From the NCBI GenBank assembly GCA_013239625.1, contig MU053472.1:62001-126000 (forward strand): a DNA stretch of 64,000 nucleotides. Direction: 5' to 3'. Positions 10,986 to 23,890 of the stretch are shown piece after piece (position 1 is the first letter of the stretch; each line of letters opens with the position of its first letter). The notes below the pieces were generated by a model, which searched no databases, had not been told where the DNA came from, and saw only the letters and a program-made list of their open reading frames with translations. A program made the position numbers and the translations under genes. The stretch is from Lama guanicoe. Taxonomy: Eukaryota.

Positions 10986-13774
10986 TAGCCTGCTCTTTTA
11001 CTTAATAATATATCATGAACACTAAATATTCTTCTGAAACATGACTTCAGTGATTTGATAATAGTCTATAGGATCAATATCCCACAATTTATCCAGTTCT
11101 CTATTGGACATTGTTTCCCATCGATTTCTGTGCACTCTTTAATAGATGTTAGCGCTTTATCGGGATGTGTGATGTGCAGCAGAGTTGGCGCTCTGTGCCT
11201 CGTGGAGCAGTCAGCCCGCTGTGTCTGCACCCCTGATTGAATAATCACGCCGTCCTCCCTCCCGGGGCGGACGTGCCTCCTTGCTCAGACACTCCGTTTG
11301 TATATTCCTGCAGGACTGAGGGTGGGCTTCTGAGTCTCTTCATCCCCCTGCTCCTCGATCCTCGTGCTAGTCCCTAACTTCTTTACCTGTCGGGCTTTGT
11401 AGCAGGCAGTTCAGTAGCCAGGTGACCGGCCAGACAAGACCGGTTCTGCCCTTGGGTCCCTGACTGGACAGGGCTTGACTCCACCTTTCGCTTGGGAATC
11501 TCGATGCAGCTCATCTTTACTGAACACTTAGTGCTGACATTTAAAACGAACACCTTCTGTTCAAGGGGAAATGAATATAAGCGGTAAGAGGAAGAGGAGA
11601 GGATTTTTCCATTTACCAAGTGTCCATAAAGTCTTTTCTATAAAGCCGTGGAACTTCCTCAGGCCTGACCCTCTGGCCATCTTCATTCTGCGAGGTCCTT
11701 GATGGGCCAGGGAGGCCCGGTCCTCCATCGTCACCTCTGGGTCACTCCTAGTGGGGTGATAGCTGAGATGGCAGGGGTAGGGTCAGTGGTCATTCTGGGA
11801 GTGGGCCTGAGGCACGTGGGCTGATGCACCAACATGGGCTGTCCCTTCCCAGGGGCCGCCTGGCCCGTGATCTCACTGGCCTTGACCACCCTCTACCCCC
11901 ATGGCCCACAGTCACCAGCTCTGGCCATCTGCCCCTCTGACCTCCAGTCCCTCAGCCCAGGCCTTGCCTCCACCCAGAACTACAGCAGTTCCCAGGAGGG
12001 TCCTGGCTACTGGCAGATCTGTGGGCTCCAGTCTCCGTTCTCACCCCGCCAACCCTTTCTGCACACTGCTGCCGGCCACCCAGCTGATTCTCCGGGGCCT
12101 TCACGTCCCCCTGCACGTGGTTGACAGGAGCCTTCCTGGCTGCGCCCCACCTCTCTGGCATCACCAGCCCCACGACACCCACCCAGCCCCGCTGTGGGCC
12201 CCACCTGTGGGCTCTGCGCACCCCGGCTGCTCCCTTCCCGCCCTCAGACTGCACCTGACGGCCCACGCACACACCGCACATCTCAGCGGACACACGCGCG
12301 CGCCTCCGCCTCTGGGCCGCCTTTTCTGAGCACCCTGACATGGGGATGTTCATGGTGTCAGCTCACAGGGTCGGGGCGGGACTGAATGCCACGAGCAAGC
12401 CCGAGCAGAGTGCCGAGCGCTGAGAAGCCTAACTGAATGCCCGCCCTTGTCATCCTTTTTATTTCATTCTTACGCTGCTTGCCACACTGGATCACAACCG
12501 CCTGATCCAGTGACTGTCTTCCTGCAGGACCGGGAGCTCCGTGAGAGTTAGCATCACACCTCACCCACCTTTCTATCTCCCCTGCCTGGCGCCAGGCCAG
12601 GCCTGTAGCAGGCTCTCAGTCTGTGGAATGAACTGTGGAGGTATTAAATATGCCCATTTTACAGTGAGAAGACTGAGACCTGTGGAGGGGAAAGAGACTC
12701 ACCCCAGATGGTGCTGACCAGCAGCAGGGCAGGAACTGAACGCGGGTCTGGGAGACCCCTTCGTCCAGTGCTGTCCCCACCACACTGCTCTCCCTTTCTG
12801 TCCCCTTGAGTATGCAGAGGACAGATAGAGAAGAAATGAAAACCCAAAGAGGGGTTATTTTCAAGTTTGTTATTTTTTTGCTGTGTTTGGCTCTGATCTT
12901 CCCAGCGATGGTTTTCCTGATAACTCAGGCCCTAAGAGGAAGACTTGGCACAGCCTGGCTCTCAGGCGGGGCAAGCTGTGACACGAGCTGACAGCTGCCT
13001 TCAGGGTCTTCCAGGCCACCCCACCCTACTCTTTCCCTCAGATGGAACCACGAGCCCGAGACGTTGACACGTGGCTGACAGGGGGGCCGGATCCCCTCCT
13101 CAGTGCTCCTTAGAGCGCATCCGTGTGGGCCGGGCAGCAGAAGGGAGCCCGCATTCACAGGGCACATGCTCCCCAGAAGCCTCCAGCACCAGCAGCCAAG
13201 CCCTGCAGCCTGCAGTAGGCCCCCGCAGAGGCAGCGCAGCCCGTGCCCGGAGGGGAGGGCCATGGAAGCTGAGTGGGCAGAGGGCCGCCGTCCGGGCCCC
13301 ATCCAGAGGGACATGTCAGTCTGTGCTCTTTGCCGACGGTGGATGTACGTGCCCTTTATAGCCGCTCAGGAGGGCAAGTGACTTCGCCAGTCTGGAGGTT
13401 TATGGCTAAAGAAGGGACAAGGGACATTCCGCCCCACTGGGGCCCTTTGAAAGTGGATTTATATGAGTTACCTCTGTATTGGTGCACTTTGCCTTTGGCT
13501 ACAGGACCATCCCACCCCATCTCCCTTTTCCTACTGGCACCAGGCCCGTGGCTAGAGAAAGGAAACACACAAGGCTCAAGACGGGAATGCAGTTGGATGT
13601 CGCCATCGTGTGGAAGGCGTGTGGACTCACTGGCCCAGGTGGTGTGGTGAGCGGGGCCTGCTGGCTGCTCCAGGCTTACTGCTGGGATTCAGGAGAGTGT
13701 GCTGGGCAGCTGGTGGGATTGCCTCCCTGGTCCCTGCTCCTACGTGGACCAGCAGGCTTCCACTCCTTCACACC

Positions 13775-14570
13775 TTCGTTCATCGCCCTTCCCACCAAAA
13801 CAGACAGACACCACCTACTTCCTGCCAGGCAGCTACAGGCTGAGGATACAGAGATGAAGAACACACCGGCCCTGGCCTTGAGGAGCTCACGGACACGAGG
13901 CCAGTGATCACGAGGTTACAGTCAGAGTAGGAAGGGAAGGCTTCCGGTGAGAGACTTGCTCAGCACCGAGCCAGCCTCCCATGGAAGCGGTCAGGGAAGA
14001 CTTCCCAGAGGAGGATGAAAAGATGGGGGAAGGCCCTCGGGAAGAGGCACTGAAGTGTGGCGAGAGGAAAGTACGGGCAGCGGCTTAGCATGGCCGGACG
14101 TGCCAGCAGCAGGAGTCAGGGAGGGGAAGGAGGCGAGACGGGGAGGCAGGTAGATGGAGGGCACAGAGGCCTGTCTGCATCCTGGGAAGTTCAGACTTTA
14201 TTGTGAGGGAGCCAGAGGAGGGTTTCAAGAAGAGTGCAGGTGGCACGATCCGATTTGCTTGAGAAACAGCATTTGGGTGGCAGGGTGACCGTGGATGGGA
14301 GGAACGGAGCCTCCATGGCTCTCCCACTTGGCAGTCCCTGGTCATCACCTGGGGAGCTTCAGAAAGGCTGCTGCCTGGGTCGCCCTCCAGAGAGGCCACA
14401 GTAAGGAGCCTGGGGTGTGGCTTGGGCAGCGGGATCATGTGACTCCTTCTCTCCGTGACTCTGATGTGCAGCTGAGGATGACCCACTAGCAAGGGATCCC
14501 AGCTAGGAGGCACCGAGGCCGTCCAGGTGAGACGTGGAGAGGCAGTCTCCGGACATTCGTGGTGGTTGAT
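13775..14570 (-). mobile_element. L2 LINE remnant
   Basis: cacctacttcctgccaggc...gaggatacagagatgaa...ccctggccttgaggagctcac; tcagggaagacttcccagaggag; gactttattgtgagggagccagaggagggtttcaag. Confidence 0.7.
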
Positions 14571-14594
14571 CGGATGTGGATCCTTAGAGGAAAG

Positions 14595-15182
14595 AAACAG
14601 TCCGGCAGCTCCTCAAAAGGTCACCATAGAGTTACCGTATGACCCAGCAACTTAGATATACACCCCAGAGAAATGGAAACATGCTCACCAGAAAACGTGT
14701 ATACAAATGTTCATGCAGCAGCGTTCGTGATGGCCAAAAAGAAACAACCCAAACGTCCATCAACTGATGAAGGGATAAATGAGACGTAGTAAATCATTAC
14801 AATAGTGTTATTCCGTTAAAAAAGGAATGCTGTACTGAGACACACTACAACATGAATGAATCTTGAAAACACTATGCTAAGTGAAAGACGTCAGTAACAA
14901 AGGAATGGTGCAAACACATAATGTATGAGTCCAGTTACATGAAAAGTCTGGAACAGGCAAATCTATAGAGACAAAGTAAGTTAGTGGTTGCCTAGGACTG
15001 GGAGGGGAGGGGAGCCTGGGAGTTGATGGCTAGGGGGTGTGGGTGGGTTTTGGGGGAGGAATAATGAAAGTATTCTAAAACAGATGGTGGTGATGGATAT
15101 ACGCTGATTACTAAAAGCCGTGAATCTTACACTTTAGAAGGATGGATTTTATGGCGTGTAGATTATAACCTCAATAAAGCTG
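14595..15182 (+). mobile_element. L1MB-like 3' end
   Basis: catagagttaccgtatgacccagcaa...acatgaatgaatcttgaaaacactatgctaagtgaaag...ggcaaatctatagagaca...tataacctcaataaagctg. Confidence 0.9.
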
Positions 15183-15199
15183 TCAGAGAGAAATGGGAC

Positions 15200-15362
15200 G
15201 TGTGAGGACTGCTGCTCTGACCCTGGGGATAATTCCTTGTTACGGAGACTGTCCTGTGCACGTGGGACGTTAGCAGCATCCCTGACCTCCATTGGTACTG
15301 CAGGACCCCCTCCATTCTTGTGTGACAACGAGAAACATCTCCAGACACTGCCAAATGTCCAC
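15200..15362 (-). mobile_element. MER20 (hAT-Charlie) fragment
   Basis: ggataattccttgttacggagactgtcctgtgcac...ttagcagcatccctgacctc...gtgacaacgagaaacatctccagacactgccaaatgtcc. Confidence 0.85.
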
Positions 15363-15374
15363 TGCAGTCACACT

Positions 15375-15550
15375 GTCTCATTTAATCTTTAAAAAACAAA
15401 GCCGTGAAGTAAATATCCACCACCCCCACCGACTTTTTTTTTTTTTACAGATTAGGAAACTGAGGCTCAGAAAGGCTGAGTAACATATTCATGGTCACCC
15501 TGTGGGGGACAGAGCTGGAGTTTGAACACAGGCTGTTGAATGCCAAAGCC
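15375..15550 (-). mobile_element. MIR SINE
   Basis: tctcatttaatctt...ttttacagattaggaaactgaggctcagaaaggctgagtaac...cagagctggagtttgaacacagg. Confidence 0.85.
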
Positions 15551-18500
15551 CAGTGCTGGCTTCCTGAGCTCCTAGGAGGGGCAGCTTGAGCACTGCAGGC
15601 TTTGTCGGGCAGCGCGGGGCGAAGCGGGGCAGTGAAACCCTAGCAGGCAGAGGTGGCTGCTCCGGCAAGGTCTGGAAGGGGAATGGGGGACAGAGATCTG
15701 GGGACAGGAGGTTTTCTCAGGACGCAGAGCTGGTTTTAGTGGAAAAGTGTTCCAGAACAGAGCACAGGAAAGCTAGGACGTGGATGGTATGGAAGGGAGG
15801 GGCTGTGATACTGTGGTGAGTGGTTTTGCATTTTATTCTGGTGGCACTGAACTGAGGAGACAAGTATCGAGAACTTTGACTTAGGAGAAAATGTTAAAGA
15901 GCAACTTATCTCAAATATGTCTTGCTCTTAAGTTTAGGGCTGCTATGTCCCATCCTACTGACAAGACACAAGCACCTCCCCAAGTCAGGCGCAGAGAACC
16001 CCAAGAAAGGTCACCTGGTGTCAAGAGATGCACCCCGGAGGTGACTGATGATACAGAACTCTTACGAAAAGTTTTATTTCCCTAAAGGTTTTCATCAAAT
16101 TATATTCACTGATATATAATGACAATTATCAGTACTAAACCACATTCCAGAAGGCATCTGGTTGTGATCATGAGGTGTTCTTAGTGTGTTCATAAAAATC
16201 TAGAAAGTAAATCTTGAAGAACTTCATGGAAGCTAGACCTTTCATCTTACCTGAATTTCTACAATAAATCACAAGCTGCTTATTGCAGTTTCTGCGATTC
16301 TGCAAAGAAGTGATTGCTGTTCTGTTTCCCAGACAAACCACGGTGTTGGGTAGGGGTGGGAGGCAGCCGGTGCACAGAGCATTTCTCAGCCTCCTTGACA
16401 GCTCAGCAGCCACCTCCTCCAGGAAGCCTTTCTTAGCCAGCCCTGTAAAAGAATCCATTTAACTTTGGATGAACACAGCCTTTCCCGAGCAGCTGAGTCC
16501 TTTTTGCCAGGAACACAGAATAGCAACCTGTGCTAAGAGAGCGGAGACTCAGATCTAACCGGGGTCGTGGTTTTGCCAAAGGAGCATCATGCAGGGAGAG
16601 AGGATTTCTCTCAGAGGATTTAAAAGGGAATTTCCTTTTAGAAACGTTTTTTTGTAAAGTTCACCAAATGAATTTTGGAACCAGGATGTGAGACCTGTTC
16701 AGGCCGAGATGGTAATATGGTCATCTTTGTCCAAAAGCTGTCTTGAGGGTGTTTGCCTGGGTAGGTTCAACTTGGAGCTGGTGGAGGCTCTACTTGATTT
16801 AAATTGTTTGAGCCCGTGCTCGACCTGAGAGCTTCAGGACTTTCCTTCCTCCGGAAGAAACCTTTTGAGACAAATCGAGAAATCAGTCCAAAGCTCAGGA
16901 GCTGCAACGCAACTTATAAAGCCCTTTTATAGCATGACTTTGCATAAGTAAATAGCTGGCTTCCTATTTCGGGGAAGGACCTCTTTGTTCTCGAGGCCGC
17001 TTTTTGTCCTGGGCGCTCACGAGGGTGCTGGAAAACACACCCGCTCCTCTCCTGACATTGTTTTGAAATAGCCCAGGCAGTCTGGACCCTTCAAGCACAA
17101 AAATCAATCATACACTGAAGCTGAAATATGAGCCACCCCGCTTTCCCCTCTCATTTTGTTCTGCCCGTCCTCTACCTCATCATATCGCTTCCTAAGAACC
17201 TGGCCTCCTTTCCACTCGTTTGTAGGTGCCCATGCAGACAGCCAGCATGACCTGGTTTTCATTGAGGTCATCAGAGATAATGATTAAATGGAAACACTCC
17301 ACCCCACTCAGACATCTTCCTTTCCCCTGCTGATCCCCATTGCGAGCGAAAGTGCAGTGTGCCTTCCGGCATTCCTCCCAGAACTTGTGCCTAGAGTTCA
17401 AGGGAGGTGACACAGTGGCAAGTAAATCCTTTTGACTCGAATCACGCCACCACCCTTCCAGCAGCTCCAAATGTTGGCTTCCTCCCCACTCGGCTGCGGC
17501 AATCTGTGGGAAAACTCAGAACAGACATTTCACAAGCAGGTGGTACCAAACAATAACTGAAGGTGTAAGCGAAGCAGAAGTCTATGTGTATATAAAAGTG
17601 TACCAAGGTGCACCTTCCAGGGTGTTCTCTTTATGTAAACTGTAACCCCGTAGAAAAAAATTTAATAAAGCAGAATTCTAGAATCCTAACTAACGTAGGA
17701 CCTTGGGGTGGGGACCATGAAGAATGCTGTTCCCCACTTTAAGATCGCAGTGTTCTGGGTTGCCTTTGACAGGAGGACAACAGAACAGTGAAGAATGACT
17801 GCCAATGATGGTTTCCAAAAAAGAACAGCAAAAGGTAAGGCACCCCCCACCCCACGTACCCACACACTCTTGCCCTCACATTCTCCATCCGTAGAAGAGA
17901 TTTTAAAAAGAAAAGCCCAGGAAATTCCAAGCGTGAACACCTCCCCAGATAAGACAGAAATGGAAGAAAACCAAAGTTTTTAAAGTAAGCATTTTGATCT
18001 TCATGCAAACATAGAGTTAATCTTGGGACAGCTAAGCACAATTACACAGATGAATTCATTGTGTGAAATGGTCATTGAGCATAGAGAATGTTAGTGCCAG
18101 TTCAGAGTCCAAGCTCTGTAGGGGTCATACCTGAATCTGCTGAGCTGAGCACATGGAAACCTCACTGTGCATTCAGGCTTGGCCACTCTTTTTAATTTAT
18201 TTCAGAGTTGCTCACTGGGGTGGCTTCAGTAAATGCAAATCAAGTGTCCACAGTGGTGTTTGAAGACTGCAGGGTTTTGATGCGTGTTAAACTGAAAATA
18301 CAAACAAACATCTTTGGACCTATATTTACATGTATTAAAGTTGCTCTTAAGATGATGGTCTGATATTTATAATCTTTTCCTCTTCAAAGGAGCTTTTATT
18401 CAGTTTTGTTCATACAGAAGGACATGAGCACTAGACTGGGCGTGATGGCAGGCAAGCCCTAGCTCTGGTTCTGTTCAGATTCCACAGCAGTCCTGCACTA

Positions 18501-20569
18501 CTTCCTTCCTTGACTCTAGGCCTTGACACCTATAAACTGAGGCGTTTGGACCGCATGGTCCAGCTCTCTAGTTCTGAGGCGACAACTTAACAACTCAGTG
18601 GATTCTGGAAACACCATTTCACCCCCAGGATTTGATTTTAAGCAAATGGGAAATATTTTTACAATGTAAGATGCTTATGAGTCTACAGCCGGATGGGCCT
18701 ATCAAACCCACAGACTTAGGGCTGCGGCTGCAAAGAACTCAAGTCCCTGTTCCCACCAAGAAAAACGTCTAAACTCATCGGGTGTCATCGGCCACAGTGA
18801 ACATGTGAGACCCAGCCCTACAAAGCACTACGCTATTGAGAGGGCTCTCTCCCTGCTTGTAACCAGGAAATACTCGCACTGGGAGAGAAGCAAAGGAGAA
18901 AGCACATCGCCTTCCTCTCCCCGTTCCTCAGCAGGGTCTCTTCTGAGAGATGCTGCCACTTACAGAGCACCCACTAGGTGCCGGCCACCTATAGTGCACG
19001 TTATCCTCACAACCAAAAGTGTTTTCACACTTGTCAGGCTTGGAAAGATATGATACCCAAGGCAGGAAGTCATTTTGACACCCAGCCCTCCCCCACCCCA
19101 AACCAACATCACACTCGCTTATGAAACAGTGACATGGGACATGGCTTGCTTGTACACCCTCTGTGATCTGTAAGGTGAACTCCCGTCTTCCTCTCTTCCA
19201 ATCCAAGTTCCTCCTCTGTTCCTGGTGTCCTCTCCTAGAGACGGTGTTTATCCCTCACCCCTCCTGAGTAGAAGCAGCAGCTTCCCATATCTGAAAGAGG
19301 AGGGGCCACACTGGACTAGTGAGACACTGTTTCTTCCAGCCGCAGGTGTCCCCTTCTCACCTTCCCATACATACGGTCACCCATGCAGCTCACCCCCTCC
19401 TCACCCTGTACGCTGCTGGCCACTGACAAGGCTTGGGTGCAGAAGGATGCCCCTGTCAGGCATCAGCCTGGCCCCATCACTCACTGTGTGACCTAAGCCA
19501 ACCCACATTCTCTCCCCGAGCCTCAGTTTCCCCGTTGGTAAAAGGAAGGATCTGGGAGAGGTGCCTCCCCAGGGCCCCTCCAGCTTGGCTAGCGTGTGAT
19601 GAGAGTTCTCTTCCACCAGCAAATGCTGCTTTTTTCCAGCTCCTGAACATAACAAGGTTTCTTCCATTCATTCTAGGCAGTTTGGACTTCCCTTTAAAAG
19701 ATCTCATTTTACCAGGTTTTTGAGGCCCGCTGCCACTCGGAGGCCAAAATTATCCCAGCTTCAGCAGCTAAAATCAAATCAAATCAAAAAGCATTGTCTG
19801 CCTCATCTGACCACATTTTCTGCTTTGAACTTTATGCCAATGCCAGGGCCTATCAGACAGAGTGTGTGTGATTACCCTATGAAAGAACTCTCTTGGATCA
19901 CATTTAAAAGAATCATCTTTTTGATTTAGATTTTAAAAAAACAACAACAACAACCAGTCCTCTGGAAAGTACATATAAATTTTTGTCTAAGTGTCCAAAC
20001 AGAGTTATGGCCACAGAAGATGCAATTATCTCCTTCTGGGATAAAGAAATCTTCCAGCTGCAAGGGAGAGCCAAGAAGCCAGAACGTTCTGCTCTTCTGC
20101 TCAAGACTGCAGCAAGGTGACCACGGAAGGTTGTCCAAGTTGTTTGCTGCACAAGGTGCTTCACTGAAGCGTGTGGAGGGACATTGGAGGGCGAGGCTTA
20201 AATCCTGCCCTCCATTAGCCAAGCCATGTGCCCGGTGCGAGATTCTGTCAGTTAAAGAGAAGTGCACCTTTTTGACATTCAGCAACGGCACTGTATATGC
20301 TAGCTACAGCTAGCAGACAGCTCCCCACCTGGAGAAAGTCTTTCCTCTGCTTATAAATACATTGTCTCCCAGAGGCTCACGGTAAGAGGAGACAGCAGAA
20401 AAGCAGAAAGGAAGGCTGGGTCATAGGGTGGTTGTGAGAAAAAGCTACTCCTGGAAACCCTCTTAGTATCTGGCAGGACTTACACACCTGATGCCTCCCC
20501 ATCCAGCTTCCAAAAGAGCACAGTTCTGGGAAGAACCCAGTAAGAGACAGACTGCCCCCTTCTCCTCCC

Positions 20570-20855
20570 TCCATCCTCCACCACCCCTCCTTTGGGGCTC
20601 AGCTGGGCCTTCTCTGACCTCCCAGCTGTCGCCAGGGTCCCTGTTGTAGGTTCTCAGAACAGCTTTGTTTTTCCTTTATAAGCTCCATATTGCACTTTGC
20701 AATAAGATGTGTGTAGGTCATTTGATCTGCCTCTGTCTCCCTGTCTAGACTGTCAGCTGTGTGAGGCAGACTGAGTTTGGGGTTTGCTCTCAGATCCCCA
20801 GCACGGCGTCCAGGGTACGGAGCAGGAGCTATGAATGGATGAAAATGGTGTGAAT
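20570..20855 (+). mobile_element. L2 3' end remnant
   Basis: ctagactgtcagctgtgtgaggcaga...tccccagcacggcgtccagggtac...atgaatggatgaa. Confidence 0.55.
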
Positions 20856-23104
20856 AAAACGGACAGGTCTTACACGTCTGCAGCCCTTCCTACCAGGACC
20901 AAGGGCTGTCTGGGCCACAGAGACATGCACTGTCCATGACCTAAGCCCCAGGCCCAGGCCCAGGGGACAGAGACTAGAGAAGACCCAACCATGGCCTGGC
21001 ATCCAAAACTCACATGAAAACTAAGAAGAACACAGCTTCCCAAGCTCACCCCAGGAGACTCGGCATCTAGGATTTATGTGTCTAACAAGGTGCCGCAGGT
21101 GAAGTTAAGCCACCCTATCAGAGTAGAGAACCCACGGATGTTGTTGCAATGGATGGAAGCAACCCTAGATACCAAAGGGAAGGAGCTGAGGTCCAGCCTG
21201 AAGGTTCACGAAGGCTTTCTGGTGGAAATGACGCCTCAGCCAGGTCTTGACCCAGACGAGCGACGTGAAGAAAGGAGAGAACACTCTGGGTCAAAGGAAC
21301 AGCAGGAACAAAAGCAGAGACAGGATGCAACCTGGGGCACGTTCATAGGCAAGGGCAGTGGGATTGAGTCTCAATGATGAGAATCAGGCTCCTGGTGGAA
21401 AATCAAGCACAAATCCCCCACTACTCAGCTGGGCTTCCAGAGCCTTCTGGGTAGGAAGCCCACATTTCAGCACCCAGCAGAGAAATTCCACTGTACTCCC
21501 TTTTAATGCAACCTCATTCCTATTTTTGGTTCCATTTACTTTCCTTTTCTCATCTTCTTCCTCTAGCGAGACTGTGGACCATCCTTCTGAGCCCAGAGCC
21601 GTCAGGGCAGTATTGCCAGGGCCTCCTTGATAAATACACTTTACTTCAGGATTCCAAACCGCCCTGGCTGGAAATAAGAGAGTGTTGAAGCTGACAGAAC
21701 ACCAGCACCACAGCCAACATCTGTGGCCACATCCACTATGGCAGGAAAGGGTCAATTTACTTGATATAGAAGCGATGTCTGGAGCACAAGGGTCAGGCCC
21801 CAGGGGACCTGCACATTATGATTCACTTGTCTTTTCTGGACCCTTGAGGGTGAGGGGCTAACTGGGGATGACAGAGGAGATGCATGTGCGATGGAAGGGC
21901 AGACCCTCCGAGACCCGCCTTCCCTGGAGTGGCCGCAGTCCACACACTGGGTGCTTCAGGCTGTAGGAACAACCCCTCATCCTCAACCCCCACCACAGGC
22001 TGCCGTCCATCCTTCCACATCTTTCCATCGCCTCCTCTCTCCTTTATCTCATCTCCGCCTCTCCTCCCCTCCCACACTGTTTGGTCAACAGGCCTCAGCT
22101 GGGTTGGCAGGTCAGTGCTCCCTCTTAACTGGACTTTTTCAACTGGACTTTTCTACTGAGCCTGCCTGTTGCCTGGACAGGTTTTCTAAGACCAGCATCT
22201 ATGCTGCAGAGAGGCAAGAAGAGCCCTCCACGCGTCTTCCCTCCCTTTGGACCAAGTGGCTTCTAGGAACCCGTGTGGACCTGAAGCTCTCAGCCTCTGC
22301 GCCAAGCTGCACACCAGGTATCTTCTGAGAAATGCCCACGCCACAGTTCAGTGCCACCCCAGCGGAGCCTGAACTATCTTGTCTGCTGTCCAGTTACAAA
22401 TTAATCTCTCATCATCAGTGATTAACTTACTGGAGCCGCAGGAGCTGCTGAACCAAAACAGCCCCTCAGGGTGAAAAAGTCTCCGGCATCGTGCGGTGTG
22501 TGGATCTGCCTGTGACCCTCATCCCTCTGGCCCTCATGCTGCGTCAGCAGGGGAGCAGGGAGGCCAGGCCGGGGGCCCGCTCTGGGCACTGCTGCTCTGG
22601 AAAGCTCACCGGGTTCCTCAAAGTGGAGATCCACGTGGCCAAGGGCTGGGGCTTGTTTTCTCAGGGTCTGTCCTCAAGGAAGGTTTTAAACACAGGACTG
22701 GGGTGGGCATATGCTCTGGGGACAAATGCTACTTGCAAACAACAGCCTGGGATGGATATGGAAGGAAGAGGAGCCAAACTTTGGAATCTGCTGGCTTTTG
22801 AGGGGACGTAACGAGTCATCTCTTAGTGTATAAACGATCACAGTAGGAAGATCATCAGTTTGAACCTTCTCATTCTACAGACACGAAGGAAGAGGGCTCA
22901 ACTCTCCCAGGGTCACACCGTAGAGCCAATGGGAGACAAAGAACAAATGTCAAGCTGTTCCTTAGTTGGAACAAATGTACCCCCCGGGTGTAAGATGTTG
23001 ACAATGGGGAATACTGGAGGATGGGTGTATCAAAATTCTATACTATCTTGGCAACATTTCTATAAATCTAAAACTATTTTAAAAATAAAGCACTTACTTA
23101 AAAT

Positions 23105-23255
23105 TTTTTTTAATTTTATTTATTAATTTTGTGGTGAGGAGGAGGAGGTAATTAGATTTTTATTTATTTATTTTTAATGGAGGTACTGGGGATTGAACCC
23201 AGGACCTTGTGCATGCTAGGCATGCATGCTACCAATGAGCTATACCCTACCCCCC
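23105..23255 (-). mobile_element. tRNA-derived SINE (camelid vic-1-like)
   Basis: The reverse strand reads GGGTATAGCTCATTGGTAG...GGTCCTGGGTTCAATCCCCAGTACCTCC (Pol III A and B boxes) plus an A-rich tail. Flanking AAAATTTTT direct repeat. Confidence 0.9.
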
Positions 23256-23499
23256 TAAAAATTTTTAAATGGTGGCTTTCAGTGTACCTCAGACTGGAAC
23301 CTTTATCAGATGTTTAATCACAGTGCTTGCAACATGGTAGGCATGGAATGACAGGCATCTGAGAGAGGAACAGGGAGGGAAAGAGGGATGGAGGAGAGAG
23401 ACAAGAAGAGAGTGAGAGGAAGGAGGAAGACACCAAGGTACAAAATACAGAAGGAACTGTAACCGTCCAGCAGCAGATGGCTGCGTAAACCGAGGGCAG

Positions 23500-23890
23500 T
23501 GTGTTCACATCACGGAATATTATTTGCCACAAAAAGGAACGGAGGCCTAATCCATGCTACAACGTGGATGGACCTTGGAAATACGACAGTCAGTGCAAGA
23601 AGCCGGACAGAGAAGCCCACACCATTGCATAATCCCATCTACGTGAAACGTCTTAGAAAAGGCAAACCCACAGGACAGTAAGTAGAGTAGTGGTTTCTGG
23701 GGACTGGGGGCTGGGGTGGTGGCGAGTGATTGCTAATGGGTATGGGGTTTATTGCGGGGCTGATGAAAATGTTCTGCTGCTGGAGAGTGGTGATGGTTGC
23801 ACCACCTTGTGAATCTACTAAAACCACTGAACTGTCCAGTTTAAAAGGATGCATTTTATGGTGTGTGAATTACATAATAAACAAAAAAAA
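23500..23890 (+). mobile_element. L1MB-like 3' end
   Basis: catgctacaacgtggatggaccttggaaa...gtgatggttgcaccaccttgtgaatctactaaaaaccactgaactgt...aataaa. Confidence 0.88.
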
